Shown here one piece after another: positions 18,508 to 28,712 of a stretch of 64,000 nt of DNA; position 1 is the stretch's first letter; the number at the start of each line of letters is the position of its first letter. The DNA is from Acidimicrobiia bacterium (GTDB lineage: Bacteria > Actinomycetota > Acidimicrobiia > Spongiisociales > ZC4RG35), in contig JBHJOQ010000036.1 in the NCBI GenBank assembly GCA_050329555.1, positions 13,962-77,961 of the forward strand. The letters run 5' to 3'. Below the pieces are notes generated by a model. It saw only the letters and a list, made by a program, of their open reading frames with translations. It had not been told where the DNA came from and did no database searches. The translations under genes were made by a program, and so were the position numbers.

Positions 18508-20844
18508 GTGATTGGGCAAGAGCGATTGAGCACACTCAATAGGGTCGCCATCGTGGGCGGGGGCCCGGCAGGGCTCTACCTCTCCATCCTTCTCAGGAAG
18601 AACGCACCGGACGTCGTCGTCGATCTCTACGAAAGGAACACCCCCGGTGACGCCTTCGGGTTCGGAGTGGTGTTCTCCGATGAGACGCTGGAGAACATCG
18701 AAGCTGCCGACGAGGATTTCTACCGCTCGCTCACCGCAACGTTCCGCCACTGGGGTGACATCGAGGTTCGGCACTTCAGCGGGCGGGTGATCCGCTCCGG
18801 TGGCCATGGATTCGCAGCTGTCGGTCGGCGCACGATGCTCGAGTTGTTGACGGCGAGGGCGAGGGAGGTCGGAACCAACCTCCACTTCTCGGCTGAAATC
18901 GAAAGCATCGCCGCATTGGGGGATGCCGATGTGATTGTCGGCGCCGACGGCGCCCACAGCATGACCCGGAACCTGTTCCCGGAGGCCTTTGGCCCTTCGG
19001 TCGATCTCAGGCACAACAAGTACATCTGGTTCGGGACCGATCGGGTCTTCGAGGATTTCACCTTCATCTTCGAGGACACGGCTCCGGGGATGGTCTGGGC
19101 CCATGTCTACCCCTTCTCCACGGATGCCAGCACGTTTATCGTCGAAATGGCCCCTTCCACCTGGCGAGACCTCGGCCTCGACGCCAACGAAAACCGCGCC
19201 TGGGGACCCCAGGAGAGCGACGACCTGGCATTGGAGCGGTGCCGGGAGTTGTTCGCGGCTCATCTGGACGGTGCCCGCCTCGTTGGCAACAAGTCACGAT
19301 GGCTCCAGTTCCCCACCATCGAATGCGAAAACTGGTCGCATGACAACATCGTCCTCATGGGCGATGCGGTGCACACCGCCCACTTCTCGATCGGCTCGGG
19401 GACCAAACTCGCCCTGGAGGATGCGATCTCACTTGCCGGCCACATCCTCGCGGACCAGCCAATTGCCGACGCGTTGCTGGCTTTTGAGGCCGAACGACGA
19501 CCGGTGGTCGAGAGCACGCAGCGTGCCGCCAAGGCCAGCCTGCAGTGGTTCGAAGGGGCCGACCGGTACCGGAAGATGGAGCCGGAGCAGTTCGCCTTCT
19601 CGATGCTGACCCGGAGCCAGCGAGTCACCTACGACAACCTCCGCCTCCGCGATCCCGCATACATGAGCGAGGTCGACCGCTGGTATGCCACGTCCGACCT
19701 CGGCTCACCGGTGCCGACCCCATCGGAAGTGCCCCCGATGTTCCACCCGTTCCAGCTCCGGGAGCTGGTCCTCCCCAACCGAATCGTTGTGTCCCCGATG
19801 GACCAATACAGCGCGATCGACGGCATGCCCAACGAATGGCATCTGGTCCACCTCGGCAGCCGGGCGGTTGGAGGTGCCGGGCTGGTGATGACCGAGATGG
19901 TCTGTGTCTCCCCGGAAGGCCGGATCAGCCCGGGATGCACCGGCATCTGGTCGCCGGACCAGGCCGCCTACTGGTCGGGGATCGTCGACTTCGTCCACAG
20001 CCACAGCAACGCTGCGATCGGGCTTCAGATCGGCCACTCGGGCCGTAAGGGCTCGACGAAGCTGATGTGGGAGGGCGACAGCGAACCGCTGGATTCTGGG
20101 AACTGGGAGATCATGGCCCCTTCCCCGATCAGATACCGGCCCGACAGCCAGGTGCCGCGTGAAATGGAACACGCGGACATGAGTCGCATCATCGAAGAGC
20201 ACGTGGCCGCGGCACGTCGCGGGGCGGACGCCGGCTTCGACCTGCTCGAGCTCCACTACGCGCATGGCTACCTTCTCTCTAGCTTTCTCACGCCACTGGC
20301 GAACCAGCGCCACGATGAATACGGCGGCTCGCTGGAGAACCGGATGCGCTTTCCACTCGAAATGTTCGACGCAGTGCGCTACGTCTGGCCGCATGACCGG
20401 CCGATGTCGGTACGAATCTCGGCAACCGACTGGGTCGAAGGGGGATTCGACGGGGACGACGCGGTCGCCCTGTCCAAAGCTCTCAAAGAGCACGGCTGCG
20501 ACATCATCGACGTTTCCAGCGGGCAAACGAGCGTCGAAGCCCGGCCCGAGTACGGGCGGCTCTATCAAACTCCGTTCTCCGACCGGATCCGCAACGAAGC
20601 CGGCATCCCCACCATGACCGTGGGGGCGGTGTCTAGCATCGACGACGTGCACAATATCCTGGTAGCCGGGCGGGCCGATCTCTGCCTGCTCGCCAGGCCG
20701 CATCTGGTGGACCCCTACTGGACGTTGAACGCGGCGATCGACCTCGGCTACACCGGTCATGCCTTCCCGGACCAGTACCTCACAGGACTCCGAGCAAGAC
20801 GGCGGGAGCAGGACCCGATCGCCCCGGACGCTTTCAGACGCTGA
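18508..20844 (+). CDS. Bifunctional FAD-dependent aromatic hydroxylase / Old-Yellow-Enzyme NADH:flavin oxidoreductase (salicylyl-CoA 5-hydroxylase-like fusion)
   Basis: N-terminal GxGxxG FAD fold (VAIVGGGPAGLYLS) with monooxygenase motifs. C-terminal OYE TIM-barrel motifs (HYAHGYLLSSFLTPLANQRHDEYGGSLENR). Confidence 0.85.
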   Translation: MIGQERLSTLNRVAIVGGGPAGLYLSILLRKNAPDVVVDLYERNTPGDAFGFGVVFSDETLENIEAADEDFYRSLTATFRHWGDIEVRHFSGRVIRSGGHGFAAVGRRTMLELLTARAREVGTNLHFSAEIESIAALGDADVIVGADGAHSMTRNLFPEAFGPSVDLRHNKYIWFGTDRVFEDFTFIFEDTAPGMVWAHVYPFSTDASTFIVEMAPSTWRDLGLDANENRAWGPQESDDLALERCRELFAAHLDGARLVGNKSRWLQFPTIECENWSHDNIVLMGDAVHTAHFSIGSGTKLALEDAISLAGHILADQPIADALLAFEAERRPVVESTQRAAKASLQWFEGADRYRKMEPEQFAFSMLTRSQRVTYDNLRLRDPAYMSEVDRWYATSDLGSPVPTPSEVPPMFHPFQLRELVLPNRIVVSPMDQYSAIDGMPNEWHLVHLGSRAVGGAGLVMTEMVCVSPEGRISPGCTGIWSPDQAAYWSGIVDFVHSHSNAAIGLQIGHSGRKGSTKLMWEGDSEPLDSGNWEIMAPSPIRYRPDSQVPREMEHADMSRIIEEHVAAARRGADAGFDLLELHYAHGYLLSSFLTPLANQRHDEYGGSLENRMRFPLEMFDAVRYVWPHDRPMSVRISATDWVEGGFDGDDAVALSKALKEHGCDIIDVSSGQTSVEARPEYGRLYQTPFSDRIRNEAGIPTMTVGAVSSIDDVHNILVAGRADLCLLARPHLVDPYWTLNAAIDLGYTGHAFPDQYLTGLRARRREQDPIAPDAFRR

Positions 20845-22095
20845 TCAGCCAGACCCGGACGTCTCCGACAGATCGGCGAGACGTGACGCGAGGAAGCGGC
20901 GCTCGGCATCGTTGTCGACCAGGTCGAAAGCACGCTGGTACTCGTCTGCGGCTTCGCCAGGCCGCCCCGCCGCATCGAGAAAGTGGGCCCGTGCGGTGTG
21001 GAGCCCGTGATAGCTATCGAGGTCATCGCCCAGCTCCTCGATCGCATCGAGAGCCCGACCCGGCCCGTACGCCTCGCCGATTGCCACAGCGCGGTTGAGC
21101 ATCACGACCGGCGATGGATGTCGCTCGGAGAGTCGGTCGTAGAGTCCGGCGATCGCCTGCCAGTCGGTTTCCGCCGGTCCCGCGATGTGGTGTGCCGCGA
21201 TCTCCGCCTGGAGGAGGAAGTTGCCGGGATCGACTGTCCTTCTCGCCCGCTTCAGCGCAACGAAACCCCTGGCAATCATGTCGTGGTCCCATCGCGACTG
21301 GTCCTGGTCGCGGAGGAGAACGATGTCCCCGGCCGCGTCGACCCTGGCATTCCTGCGACTGTGTTGGAACAACATCAGAGCACACAGAGCGTGGACTTCC
21401 GATTCGTCCGGCATCAGCTCTGCCAGGACCCCGCCCACCTCGAGTGCCATGGCGCCGAGATCGTCCCTGACCAGTTCGGCTCCAGAGGAAGCGAAATACC
21501 CCTCGTTGAAGATGAGATATATCACCGAGAGGACCTCGGTCATGCGACCGACGAGCTCAGGCCCCTCCGGGACCTTGAACGGGATCCCGGCATCGCGGAT
21601 CTTGGCTTTGGCCCGTACCAGGCGCTGGGCCATCGCCGGCTCCGCAACCAGAAATGCGCTGGCGATCTCCCCGGTGGTGAGGCCACCAACGGTGCGCAGG
21701 GTGAGAGCGACCTGCTTATCGGAGTCGAGCGCCGGGTGACAGCATGCGAAGATCATCTCCAACCTATCGTCGGAGAGTTCAACGCTCTCAGCGATGTCGG
21801 GCATCTCCCCGCTCCCCTCTACTGCTTGATAGCCAGCGAGAACCTGGTGTTTGCGGGCGAGGTTTTCCCGACGCCGGATCCGATCGATCGCCTTGCGCCT
21901 CGCCACTGTCGAGATCCAGCCGTGAGGATTGTCCGGGATTCCGCGTCGCGGCCAGTCGATGAGGGCCTGGGCCAGGGCATCCTGCACCGCCTCCTCGGCG
22001 AGGTCGATATCGCGCGAGAATCGGGAGATCGACGCAAGCACAACCGGATACGACTCCCGGAAGACCTGCTCCACCGCGGCCTCGACTTCTGTCAC
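20845..22095 (-). CDS. ECF-type sigma-70 family factor with a long C-terminal extension (SigJ/ECF41-like)
   Basis: N-terminal sigma region 2 and region 4 features (GWISTVARRKAIDRIRRR), then about 230 aa of additional C-terminal domain. No adjacent anti-sigma gene. Confidence 0.75.
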   Translation of the reverse strand: MTEVEAAVEQVFRESYPVVLASISRFSRDIDLAEEAVQDALAQALIDWPRRGIPDNPHGWISTVARRKAIDRIRRRENLARKHQVLAGYQAVEGSGEMPDIAESVELSDDRLEMIFACCHPALDSDKQVALTLRTVGGLTTGEIASAFLVAEPAMAQRLVRAKAKIRDAGIPFKVPEGPELVGRMTEVLSVIYLIFNEGYFASSGAELVRDDLGAMALEVGGVLAELMPDESEVHALCALMLFQHSRRNARVDAAGDIVLLRDQDQSRWDHDMIARGFVALKRARRTVDPGNFLLQAEIAAHHIAGPAETDWQAIAGLYDRLSERHPSPVVMLNRAVAIGEAYGPGRALDAIEELGDDLDSYHGLHTARAHFLDAAGRPGEAADEYQRAFDLVDNDAERRFLASRLADLSETSGSG

Positions 22096-22262
22096 TGCAC
22101 CTCTTCCCGACGCTCACTATGTAAATCAGTCTCCACAATCTCCGGGCGTTCTTTTGTCGAACGGGGAGCGGTGGAGTCAACAATCTATCCAGTGCAAGGG
22201 CCTGAAGAATCGTCTGATACCACTGGCTATGGAATGGGGGCGATGACCGGTAGCATGCGTTT

Positions 22263-23699
22263 GTGCCGCAGGAGGCGAACGAATACATGTCAAACGGCCC
22301 CCGAGAAGCATGCGGGGTCTTCGCCGCCTACTCGCCGGGCGAAGCCGTCTCGTCTCTCATCTACTTCGGGCTCTTTGCTTTGCAGCACCGCGGCCAGGAA
22401 AGCGCAGGCATCGCCAGCTCTGACGGGGAGACGGTCACTGTCTTCAAGGACATGGGCCTGGTCGCACAGGTCTTCGACAAAGCAGCCCTCGCCGGCCTCG
22501 ACGGGCATCTCGGTATCGGCCACACCCGATACTCCACAACCGGCTCGACCAGTTGGGACAACGCCCAACCGGCACACCGCCAGGTCGGTTCGACCAGCAT
22601 CGCCCTTGGCCACAACGGGAACCTGACCAATACCGCAGAACTCGCCGCCGAACTCGGGATTTCGACCGCAACCACCGACTCCGATCTGATCGCCGAGGGG
22701 CTCTCCCGGGCCATCGACGACGAGCGCTCCGACGACCGCGGACTCGAGGCGGCAGTCAAGGCCGTCGCCCCCACCTGGATGGGGGCGTTCTCGCTCGTGA
22801 TCATGGATCAGGGGCGGATCATCGGGCTGCGTGACCCCAACGGCTTCCGACCGCTCTGTCTCGGTTCACTTCCGGGCGGGGGATGGGTGATGGCATCGGA
22901 GACCGCCGCCCTCGACATCGTCGGTGCCCGCTTCGTCCGCGAGGTGAACGCCGGGGAGATGGTCGTCGTCGATGCGGCGGGCGTACACAGCTACTTCCCG
23001 TTCGAGAAAGTAGAGCCGGCGCTCTGCGTCTTCGAGTTGGTCTATTTCGCCCGTCCCGACTCTCAGATCTACGGGCGCAACGTCCACTCGGCCCGATACG
23101 ACATGGGAAAACGGCTGGCCGCGGAGCACCCGGTCGAAGCCGATGTGGTGGTCCCGGTCCCTGAGTCGGGCATCCCCGCAGCCCAAGGATACGCAGCAGC
23201 CAGCGGAATCCCCTACGCCGACGGCCTGGTCAAGAACCGTTATGTCGGCCGCACCTTCATCGAGCCCTCCCAGCTCCTCCGTGACCAGGGGATACGGCTC
23301 AAGCTCAACCCGATTCCCGACAACCTTCAGGGCAAACGGGTGGTTCTCGTCGACGATTCAATAGTCCGCGGGTCGACCACGAGGAAGCTGGTTGAGATCG
23401 TGCGCGAGGCTGGAGCGCTCGAGGTCCATCTCCGGGTCTCCTCACCCCCATACAAGTGGCCGTGTTTCTACGGCATGGACACCTCCGACCAATCCACGCT
23501 CATCGCGGCGCGTATGGGAACGGACGAGATCAGAGAGCACCTCAACGCCGATTCCCTCGGCTACTTATCCCTGGACGGCCTCCTCGACGCTACCGGGGTT
23601 GCCGACGCAGGGTTCTGCAACGCATGCCTGTCGGGAAACTACCCGACCGAGGTGCCGGTGGTCATCGACAAGTTCCACCTGGAGCGCAATCGGTCGTGA
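22263..23699 (+). CDS. purF: Amidophosphoribosyltransferase. Start at 22263 or 22287.
   Basis: N-terminal CGVFA nucleophile and a C-terminal PRT domain with a 4Fe-4S Cys cluster (CNACLSGNYP). Confidence 0.9.
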   Translation: MPQEANEYMSNGPREACGVFAAYSPGEAVSSLIYFGLFALQHRGQESAGIASSDGETVTVFKDMGLVAQVFDKAALAGLDGHLGIGHTRYSTTGSTSWDNAQPAHRQVGSTSIALGHNGNLTNTAELAAELGISTATTDSDLIAEGLSRAIDDERSDDRGLEAAVKAVAPTWMGAFSLVIMDQGRIIGLRDPNGFRPLCLGSLPGGGWVMASETAALDIVGARFVREVNAGEMVVVDAAGVHSYFPFEKVEPALCVFELVYFARPDSQIYGRNVHSARYDMGKRLAAEHPVEADVVVPVPESGIPAAQGYAAASGIPYADGLVKNRYVGRTFIEPSQLLRDQGIRLKLNPIPDNLQGKRVVLVDDSIVRGSTTRKLVEIVREAGALEVHLRVSSPPYKWPCFYGMDTSDQSTLIAARMGTDEIREHLNADSLGYLSLDGLLDATGVADAGFCNACLSGNYPTEVPVVIDKFHLERNRS

Positions 23700-24655
23700 C
23701 CTACCGGGATGCGGGAGTCGATCTCGTCGGCGCCGACCGCCACGTGGCGGCAATCGCATCGATGGTCACCTCCACCTGGACCGATAACGTCGTCGGTGGC
23801 TTCGGGGGCTTCGCCGCCGGGGTGACCATCCCGGCCGGCTACTCCAACCCGGTCTTGATGATGTCGACTGACGGGGTCGGCACCAAGCTCGAACTGGCCC
23901 GACGCTCGGGCCTTTGGGACGGAGTCGGTTACGACCTGGTGGCCATGTGCGTGGACGACCTGGCCGCAGTGGGGGCACAGCCGCTTGGTTTTGTCGACTA
24001 CATGGCCGTGGGTTCCTTGCAACCCGAACGCGACACCGCCATCGTCGCTTCTATCGCAAGGGCATGCGTCGACGCCGGATGTGCCTTGCTCGGCGGGGAG
24101 ACTGCCGAACACCCCGGGGTGATGGATGTCGATGCTGTCGACCTCGCCGGAGCGGTCATGGGTGTTGTCGAACGAGACGCCCGGCTGGCGCCCGACGATG
24201 TCGCTCCAGACGATGTCGTGATCGGCCTCCGGTCGCCGAACCTCCGATCCAACGGCTTCTCCCTGGTCCGCAGGGTGATGGGGGACACACCCGACTATGC
24301 CAGATTGCTCGAGCCTTCCGTGATCTACAGCCCGGCCGTGCTCGCGGTGGCCCCGATAGTCAAGGCCGCCGCCCACATCACCGGCGGCGGGCTTCCCGCC
24401 AACCTCCCCCGTGCGGTCCCCGCCTCACTCGGAGTCGAGGTCGACACCTCCACCTGGCAACCGCCGGAGATCTTCGTGACGCTGAGCGATCACGGGATAG
24501 CCGAAGAAGAGATGTTCGCGACGTTCAACATGGGGATCGGGTTCTGCCTGATCGTTGATCCCGCCGCCGCTGACGAAGTGACGAGAACTCTCACCCGGCA
24601 CGAGGCAACGGTGATCGGCCGGGTCACCCCCGGTGGCGGGTTCACCCTGAAATGA
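23696..24655 (+). CDS. purM: Phosphoribosylformylglycinamidine cyclo-ligase (AIR synthetase)
   Basis: GTG start overlapping the purF stop (GTGA). VTYRDAGVD...GGFGGF motifs. Confidence 0.9.
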   Translation: MTYRDAGVDLVGADRHVAAIASMVTSTWTDNVVGGFGGFAAGVTIPAGYSNPVLMMSTDGVGTKLELARRSGLWDGVGYDLVAMCVDDLAAVGAQPLGFVDYMAVGSLQPERDTAIVASIARACVDAGCALLGGETAEHPGVMDVDAVDLAGAVMGVVERDARLAPDDVAPDDVVIGLRSPNLRSNGFSLVRRVMGDTPDYARLLEPSVIYSPAVLAVAPIVKAAAHITGGGLPANLPRAVPASLGVEVDTSTWQPPEIFVTLSDHGIAEEEMFATFNMGIGFCLIVDPAAADEVTRTLTRHEATVIGRVTPGGGFTLK

Positions 24656-25452
24656 CATTCCGGGAAGCCACCTCGGTGCGTCCTACCGGAGACGACATCT
24701 GGGATACCCAATTCGCCGAGAACTGGGACATCATGGGCAACACCAACGGTGGCTACATGCTGGCCATCGCCTCCCGTGCGGCGAGTGAGGCGACCGGGGG
24801 AAGAGACCCGGTGACGATCACCGGGCACTACACCAGGCGCGGTCACACCGGCCCGGCGACTGCGCGAACGGAAGTGGTTCGTTCCGGCCGCAGATTCTCC
24901 GTGGTGCGCACCAGCCTCTTCCAGGACGACGCTGTGGTCCTCGACACCCTGGGTACTTTCATCGAGCCCGGCGGCGAGTTGCCCGGCGTCATACTCTCCG
25001 ATGCCGAGCCAGCAGATCTGCCTCCGCCCGATGAGTGCGTTCTCGCCGTTCCAGGTGGGGACGCACCTCTTCCGCCGCCGTCGGTGGGACAGATCGAGAT
25101 GCGTCTCGATCCGAGGATGGCAGAGCTGTTCCAGGGCAATCCTCTCGGCGAACCTCTAGTTCTGGGCTGGATTCGGCTCAAGGACGGCGAACCTCTTGAC
25201 GCTCACGCCTTGATCATGGCCACAGACGCCTTTCCGCCTACGACATTCAACGCAGGGTTGCCGGTGGGCTGGACCCCGACGCTAGAATTGACCGTGCATG
25301 TTCGGTTCCCCGAAGTGTCGGGTTGGATCCGATGCGAGTTCCGGAGCCGGTTCGTCTCGGGGGGCTTCATCGAAGAGGACGGGCTCTTTTGGGACGAGGA
25401 GAATCGTCTCGTCGCCCAGTCCCGACAGCTTGCACTCGTCTCCATCGGATAA
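24652..25452 (+). CDS. Acyl-CoA thioesterase II-like double-hotdog protein
   Basis: 266 aa. Its ATG overlaps the purM stop (ATGA). TesB-like layout. Confidence 0.65.
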   Translation: MTFREATSVRPTGDDIWDTQFAENWDIMGNTNGGYMLAIASRAASEATGGRDPVTITGHYTRRGHTGPATARTEVVRSGRRFSVVRTSLFQDDAVVLDTLGTFIEPGGELPGVILSDAEPADLPPPDECVLAVPGGDAPLPPPSVGQIEMRLDPRMAELFQGNPLGEPLVLGWIRLKDGEPLDAHALIMATDAFPPTTFNAGLPVGWTPTLELTVHVRFPEVSGWIRCEFRSRFVSGGFIEEDGLFWDEENRLVAQSRQLALVSIG

Positions 25453-25589
25453 GCCGCCCTCTCGGAGGATTGGCGGTTGGTTAGGATTCGAGCGTGACTG
25501 TCACCCAGCCGATTCATCTGAGACGGGGCTTGTTCGCCTCCCCTTAGCTCCCTTCCGTTCCCGCCAGACGAGAAGAGATTGGAGCACAT

Positions 25590-26870
25590 ATGACCGACCT
25601 GACAACACGCCACAACAAAGTAATCGCACCGGTGATCGCATTCGACACCGACATCCATGCCGAATCCGCTGATGGGATCTGGATAACGGACATCGAGGGC
25701 AACCGCTGGGCTGATTTTGCCTGTGGGACTGCTGTGGTCAACCTCGGCCACAACCACCCCGCGGTGGTTGCGGCAGCCCATGCCCAGCTCGATAAATTCA
25801 TGCACTCTGGCTGCATAGTTCGCTACGAGCCAATTGTCCGCGCCGCCGAAAAGCTGCGCGACATCACTCCGCCATCCATCGAGAAGTTCGGATTCGCCAA
25901 CTCCGGGGCCGAAGCCGTGGAAGCTGCAGTGAAACTCGCCCGCCACACCACCGGGCGGCAGGGAGTGGTCGTCTTCCGCGGCGGATTCCACGGACGGACC
26001 ATGGGATCAGTCGCCTACACAACCTCCAATGCCAAGTACCGCGACGGATATCACCCGGTGCTCGGTGCCGTCTTTGTCGCTCCGTTCCCCCATCCTTACC
26101 GCTGGGGCATGTCCGGCGAGGAGGCCACCGCCCATTCCCTCGAAGAGTTGCGTCTCCTCTTCAAGCACGTGGTGACCCCGAAGAACATCGCATGTTTTCT
26201 CATCGAGCCGGTACAGGGTGAAGGCGGCTATTACCCCGCCCCACCGGCCTTCCTGTCGTCGCTTCGCGAACTGGCGGACGAGCACGGGATCCTCGTGGTC
26301 TATGACGAGGTGCAGACCGGGTTCGGACGCACCGCCGAGTGGTTCGCGGCGGATCACTTCGAAGCGAAACCAGACATCATCGCCCTGGGCAAGGGAATTG
26401 CCAACGGACTGCCCCTGTCGGCATATGGTGCCCCGGCGGAGATGATGGATGCCTGGCCGGTCGGTTCACACGGCACCACCTTCGGCGGGAACCCGGTGGC
26501 CACCGCGGCAGCCTTGGCGGTGATCGATACGATGGAGGACCTGCTCCCCCACGCCAGAGATCTCTCCAAGGCCGCCTTCGAGAGCTTCGAGTCCCTCGCC
26601 GAGCGCCATCCTACGATTGGTGACGTGCGGGGTCTCGGGTTGATGATCGGAGTCGAGCTGATATCGGACGCCGACTTGCGAACGCCCGACGCCGCAGCCT
26701 TCAAAGCCGTACAGAGTTACGCTCTCGAACGGGAGCTGATAATCATCGACTGCGGGCCTGACGGCAATGTGCTCCGGTTCATCCCGGCGCTGGTCACGAC
26801 CCGTGACGAGCTCGACTGGGCGATCGGATTGGTCGATGAAGGCCTGTCTGCGTGGGAAAACAGCAGCTGA
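25590..26870 (+). CDS. Class III pyridoxal-phosphate aminotransferase (GabT/aspartate aminotransferase family)
   Basis: 426 aa with motifs DEVQTGFGRTAEWFA and lysine-containing GKGIANGLPL. Confidence 0.85.
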   Translation: MTDLTTRHNKVIAPVIAFDTDIHAESADGIWITDIEGNRWADFACGTAVVNLGHNHPAVVAAAHAQLDKFMHSGCIVRYEPIVRAAEKLRDITPPSIEKFGFANSGAEAVEAAVKLARHTTGRQGVVVFRGGFHGRTMGSVAYTTSNAKYRDGYHPVLGAVFVAPFPHPYRWGMSGEEATAHSLEELRLLFKHVVTPKNIACFLIEPVQGEGGYYPAPPAFLSSLRELADEHGILVVYDEVQTGFGRTAEWFAADHFEAKPDIIALGKGIANGLPLSAYGAPAEMMDAWPVGSHGTTFGGNPVATAAALAVIDTMEDLLPHARDLSKAAFESFESLAERHPTIGDVRGLGLMIGVELISDADLRTPDAAAFKAVQSYALERELIIIDCGPDGNVLRFIPALVTTRDELDWAIGLVDEGLSAWENSS

Positions 26871-26886
26871 GACGTAACCTGTAAAG

Positions 26887-27768
26887 GTGAGCCGATTCGG
26901 AACGGCAGCCGCCGGCCTGGCGGTGCTTCTCATGGTCGTAGCCTTCGTCGTCATCAATGCCCCCGGCGACGGGGGTGCGGAGGCCGACGCAGTCGCCACG
27001 ACGCTCACATCGACCTCAACCGACCCCGGCACTGTGACCTCGGAATCCTCGACGTCAACCGAGCCCGAACCGGACATCGTCGCAGTCGAAACCACCACGA
27101 CGACGAGCGCAACTACGTCGACAACTCTGGCGGCGACGACATCGGCTCCGACATCGACCACCACCACGACATTGGCACCCACCACGACCAGCACAACTCC
27201 GGCGCCCCCATTCTCATTCTCGCTGGCAACCCCGACCGCCGCCGACCTCCCCGCGTCATGGGAACCGGGATGCCCTGTCCCCCCTGACGGCCTGCGCATC
27301 ATCACGATGTCACACTGGAATTACGCCGGGTCGGTGAGCACCGGCAAACTGGTCATCGCTGCCGGCCTGGCCAACCAGGTGGTCGACATCTTCCGTGACC
27401 TCTACGACGCCCGCTTCCCGATCGAGCGCATGAGGCTCGTCGACGAGTACGACGGCGACGACGATCTGAGCATGGCGGCGAACAACACCAGTGCCTTCAA
27501 CTGCCGTCTGGTCACCGGGGGAAGTAGCTATTCCGAGCACTCGTACGGCCGGGCAATCGACATCAACCCTGTGATGAACCCCTATGTGAAGGGCTCGACG
27601 GTGTTGCCTCCGGCCGGCAGCGCGTACCTCAATCGAAACCTTGAAGCACCGGGCATGATCCACGCCAACGATGAAGTGGTCCAGGCGTTCGGCGCGCGGG
27701 GCTGGATCTGGGGCGGCACCTGGAGCTCGCTCAAGGACTACCAGCACTTCTCCACGACAGGAAAGTAG
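26887..27768 (+). CDS. M15-family (VanY/D-Ala-D-Ala carboxypeptidase-like) metallopeptidase with an N-terminal transmembrane anchor and a Ser/Thr-rich linker
   Basis: SEHSYGRAIDIN and a downstream His motif. TSTST...TTTTT low-complexity linker. Confidence 0.75.
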   Translation: MSRFGTAAAGLAVLLMVVAFVVINAPGDGGAEADAVATTLTSTSTDPGTVTSESSTSTEPEPDIVAVETTTTTSATTSTTLAATTSAPTSTTTTTLAPTTTSTTPAPPFSFSLATPTAADLPASWEPGCPVPPDGLRIITMSHWNYAGSVSTGKLVIAAGLANQVVDIFRDLYDARFPIERMRLVDEYDGDDDLSMAANNTSAFNCRLVTGGSSYSEHSYGRAIDINPVMNPYVKGSTVLPPAGSAYLNRNLEAPGMIHANDEVVQAFGARGWIWGGTWSSLKDYQHFSTTGK

Positions 27769-27806
27769 GCCGGAACCATTCCGGTGTCTCGGGCCATCAA
27801 AGAGCC

Positions 27807-28634
27807 ATGAGATCTAAAACCAAACTCAGCATCGGGCTCCTCCTCGTTGGCGCATTGCTCCTCCCGGCTTGCGGATCGGGCGAGGTGTTGGGCCCGCCGG
27901 ACAGCACTCCTGGCGATCCCCTGCTCCAGATCCACTCCGAAGGGGGTTTCGTACCTGTCGAGTGGAACCTGGGGAACGGCCCCACCTTCACGGTCACCAA
28001 CGGAGGCGAATTCGTGTTCCCCGGTGTGACGACCCTGGAGTATCCCGGCCGACTGGTCCCGTCATACTTCTCGGGACAGCTAAATGACGACCAGATGGCA
28101 AGAGTCATCGAGCTGCTCACTGCGATGGGGATCGCCGAGATCGACGACGAGCACGACGACTCTGTCGACAACGTCGCCGATGCCTCGACCGAAGTGATCC
28201 GGTTCTGGGATGAGAACGGTGTCCACAAATACTCGGTCTACGCCCTCGGGATCACCGATGATCCCGCGTCGGAAACCACCGCGGCATTCGCCGACCTCGT
28301 CGACTACCTGCACGAATTGGTCGGGACGATTGAAAGCACCGAGTACCAGCCGGAACGGGTGCGGGTTGTCGCCGGCACCTATCAGGGCGGCTTCGACTCC
28401 GACTTCGAAAGGATCGAGGACTGGCCGCTGGAAGGCGAAAACCCCGATGAATGGGAGACCTTCGCCACTATCGCCGAAGACGGGTGGACCTGCAAGGCTT
28501 TCGACGGAACCATCCTCGACGTGTTCGCCGATGCCAGGCAAACCACGATCTACACCCATCCCGACGACAGCGGCGGCCAGGTTCAGCTTCTGGTGAGACC
28601 GCTCCACCCGGGCGAGGCCGACTGCGCCACCTAG
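27807..28634 (+). CDS. Putative lipoprotein
   Basis: Signal peptide with lipobox LLPAC. Acidic mature protein with no recognisable family. Confidence 0.6.
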   Translation: MRSKTKLSIGLLLVGALLLPACGSGEVLGPPDSTPGDPLLQIHSEGGFVPVEWNLGNGPTFTVTNGGEFVFPGVTTLEYPGRLVPSYFSGQLNDDQMARVIELLTAMGIAEIDDEHDDSVDNVADASTEVIRFWDENGVHKYSVYALGITDDPASETTAAFADLVDYLHELVGTIESTEYQPERVRVVAGTYQGGFDSDFERIEDWPLEGENPDEWETFATIAEDGWTCKAFDGTILDVFADARQTTIYTHPDDSGGQVQLLVRPLHPGEADCAT

Positions 28635-28646
28635 AGAATGACAAAT

Positions 28647-28681
28647 GAGAGGGCCGGGTCGATTTTCGACCCGGCCCTCTC
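28647..28681. terminator. Bidirectional intrinsic terminator hairpin between convergent genes
   Basis: GAGAGGGCCGGGTCG-ATTTT-CGACCCGGCCCTCTC, a perfect 15-bp stem. Confidence 0.8.
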
Positions 28682-28712
28682 TATTACCCCGTTCGTTTCT
28701 CCAGTTGATTTC

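Noticed and set aside
17224-19263. 679-aa minus-strand ORF antisense to pfkA and the bifunctional hydroxylase
   Set aside because: Arg/Gly/Pro-rich composition typical of antisense frames in high-GC DNA. The opposite strand carries two well-supported genes.
22095-22290. Possible ZTP (pfl) riboswitch upstream of purF, because of a CGGGGAGCG motif
   Set aside because: The downstream CCGCCUGGGCA pseudoknot partner and the P1/P2 elements are absent.
20983-22626. 547-aa plus-strand ORF spanning the sigma factor and the purF start
   Set aside because: Antisense to the sigma-factor gene and out of frame with purF. Low-complexity Arg/Ser-rich translation.
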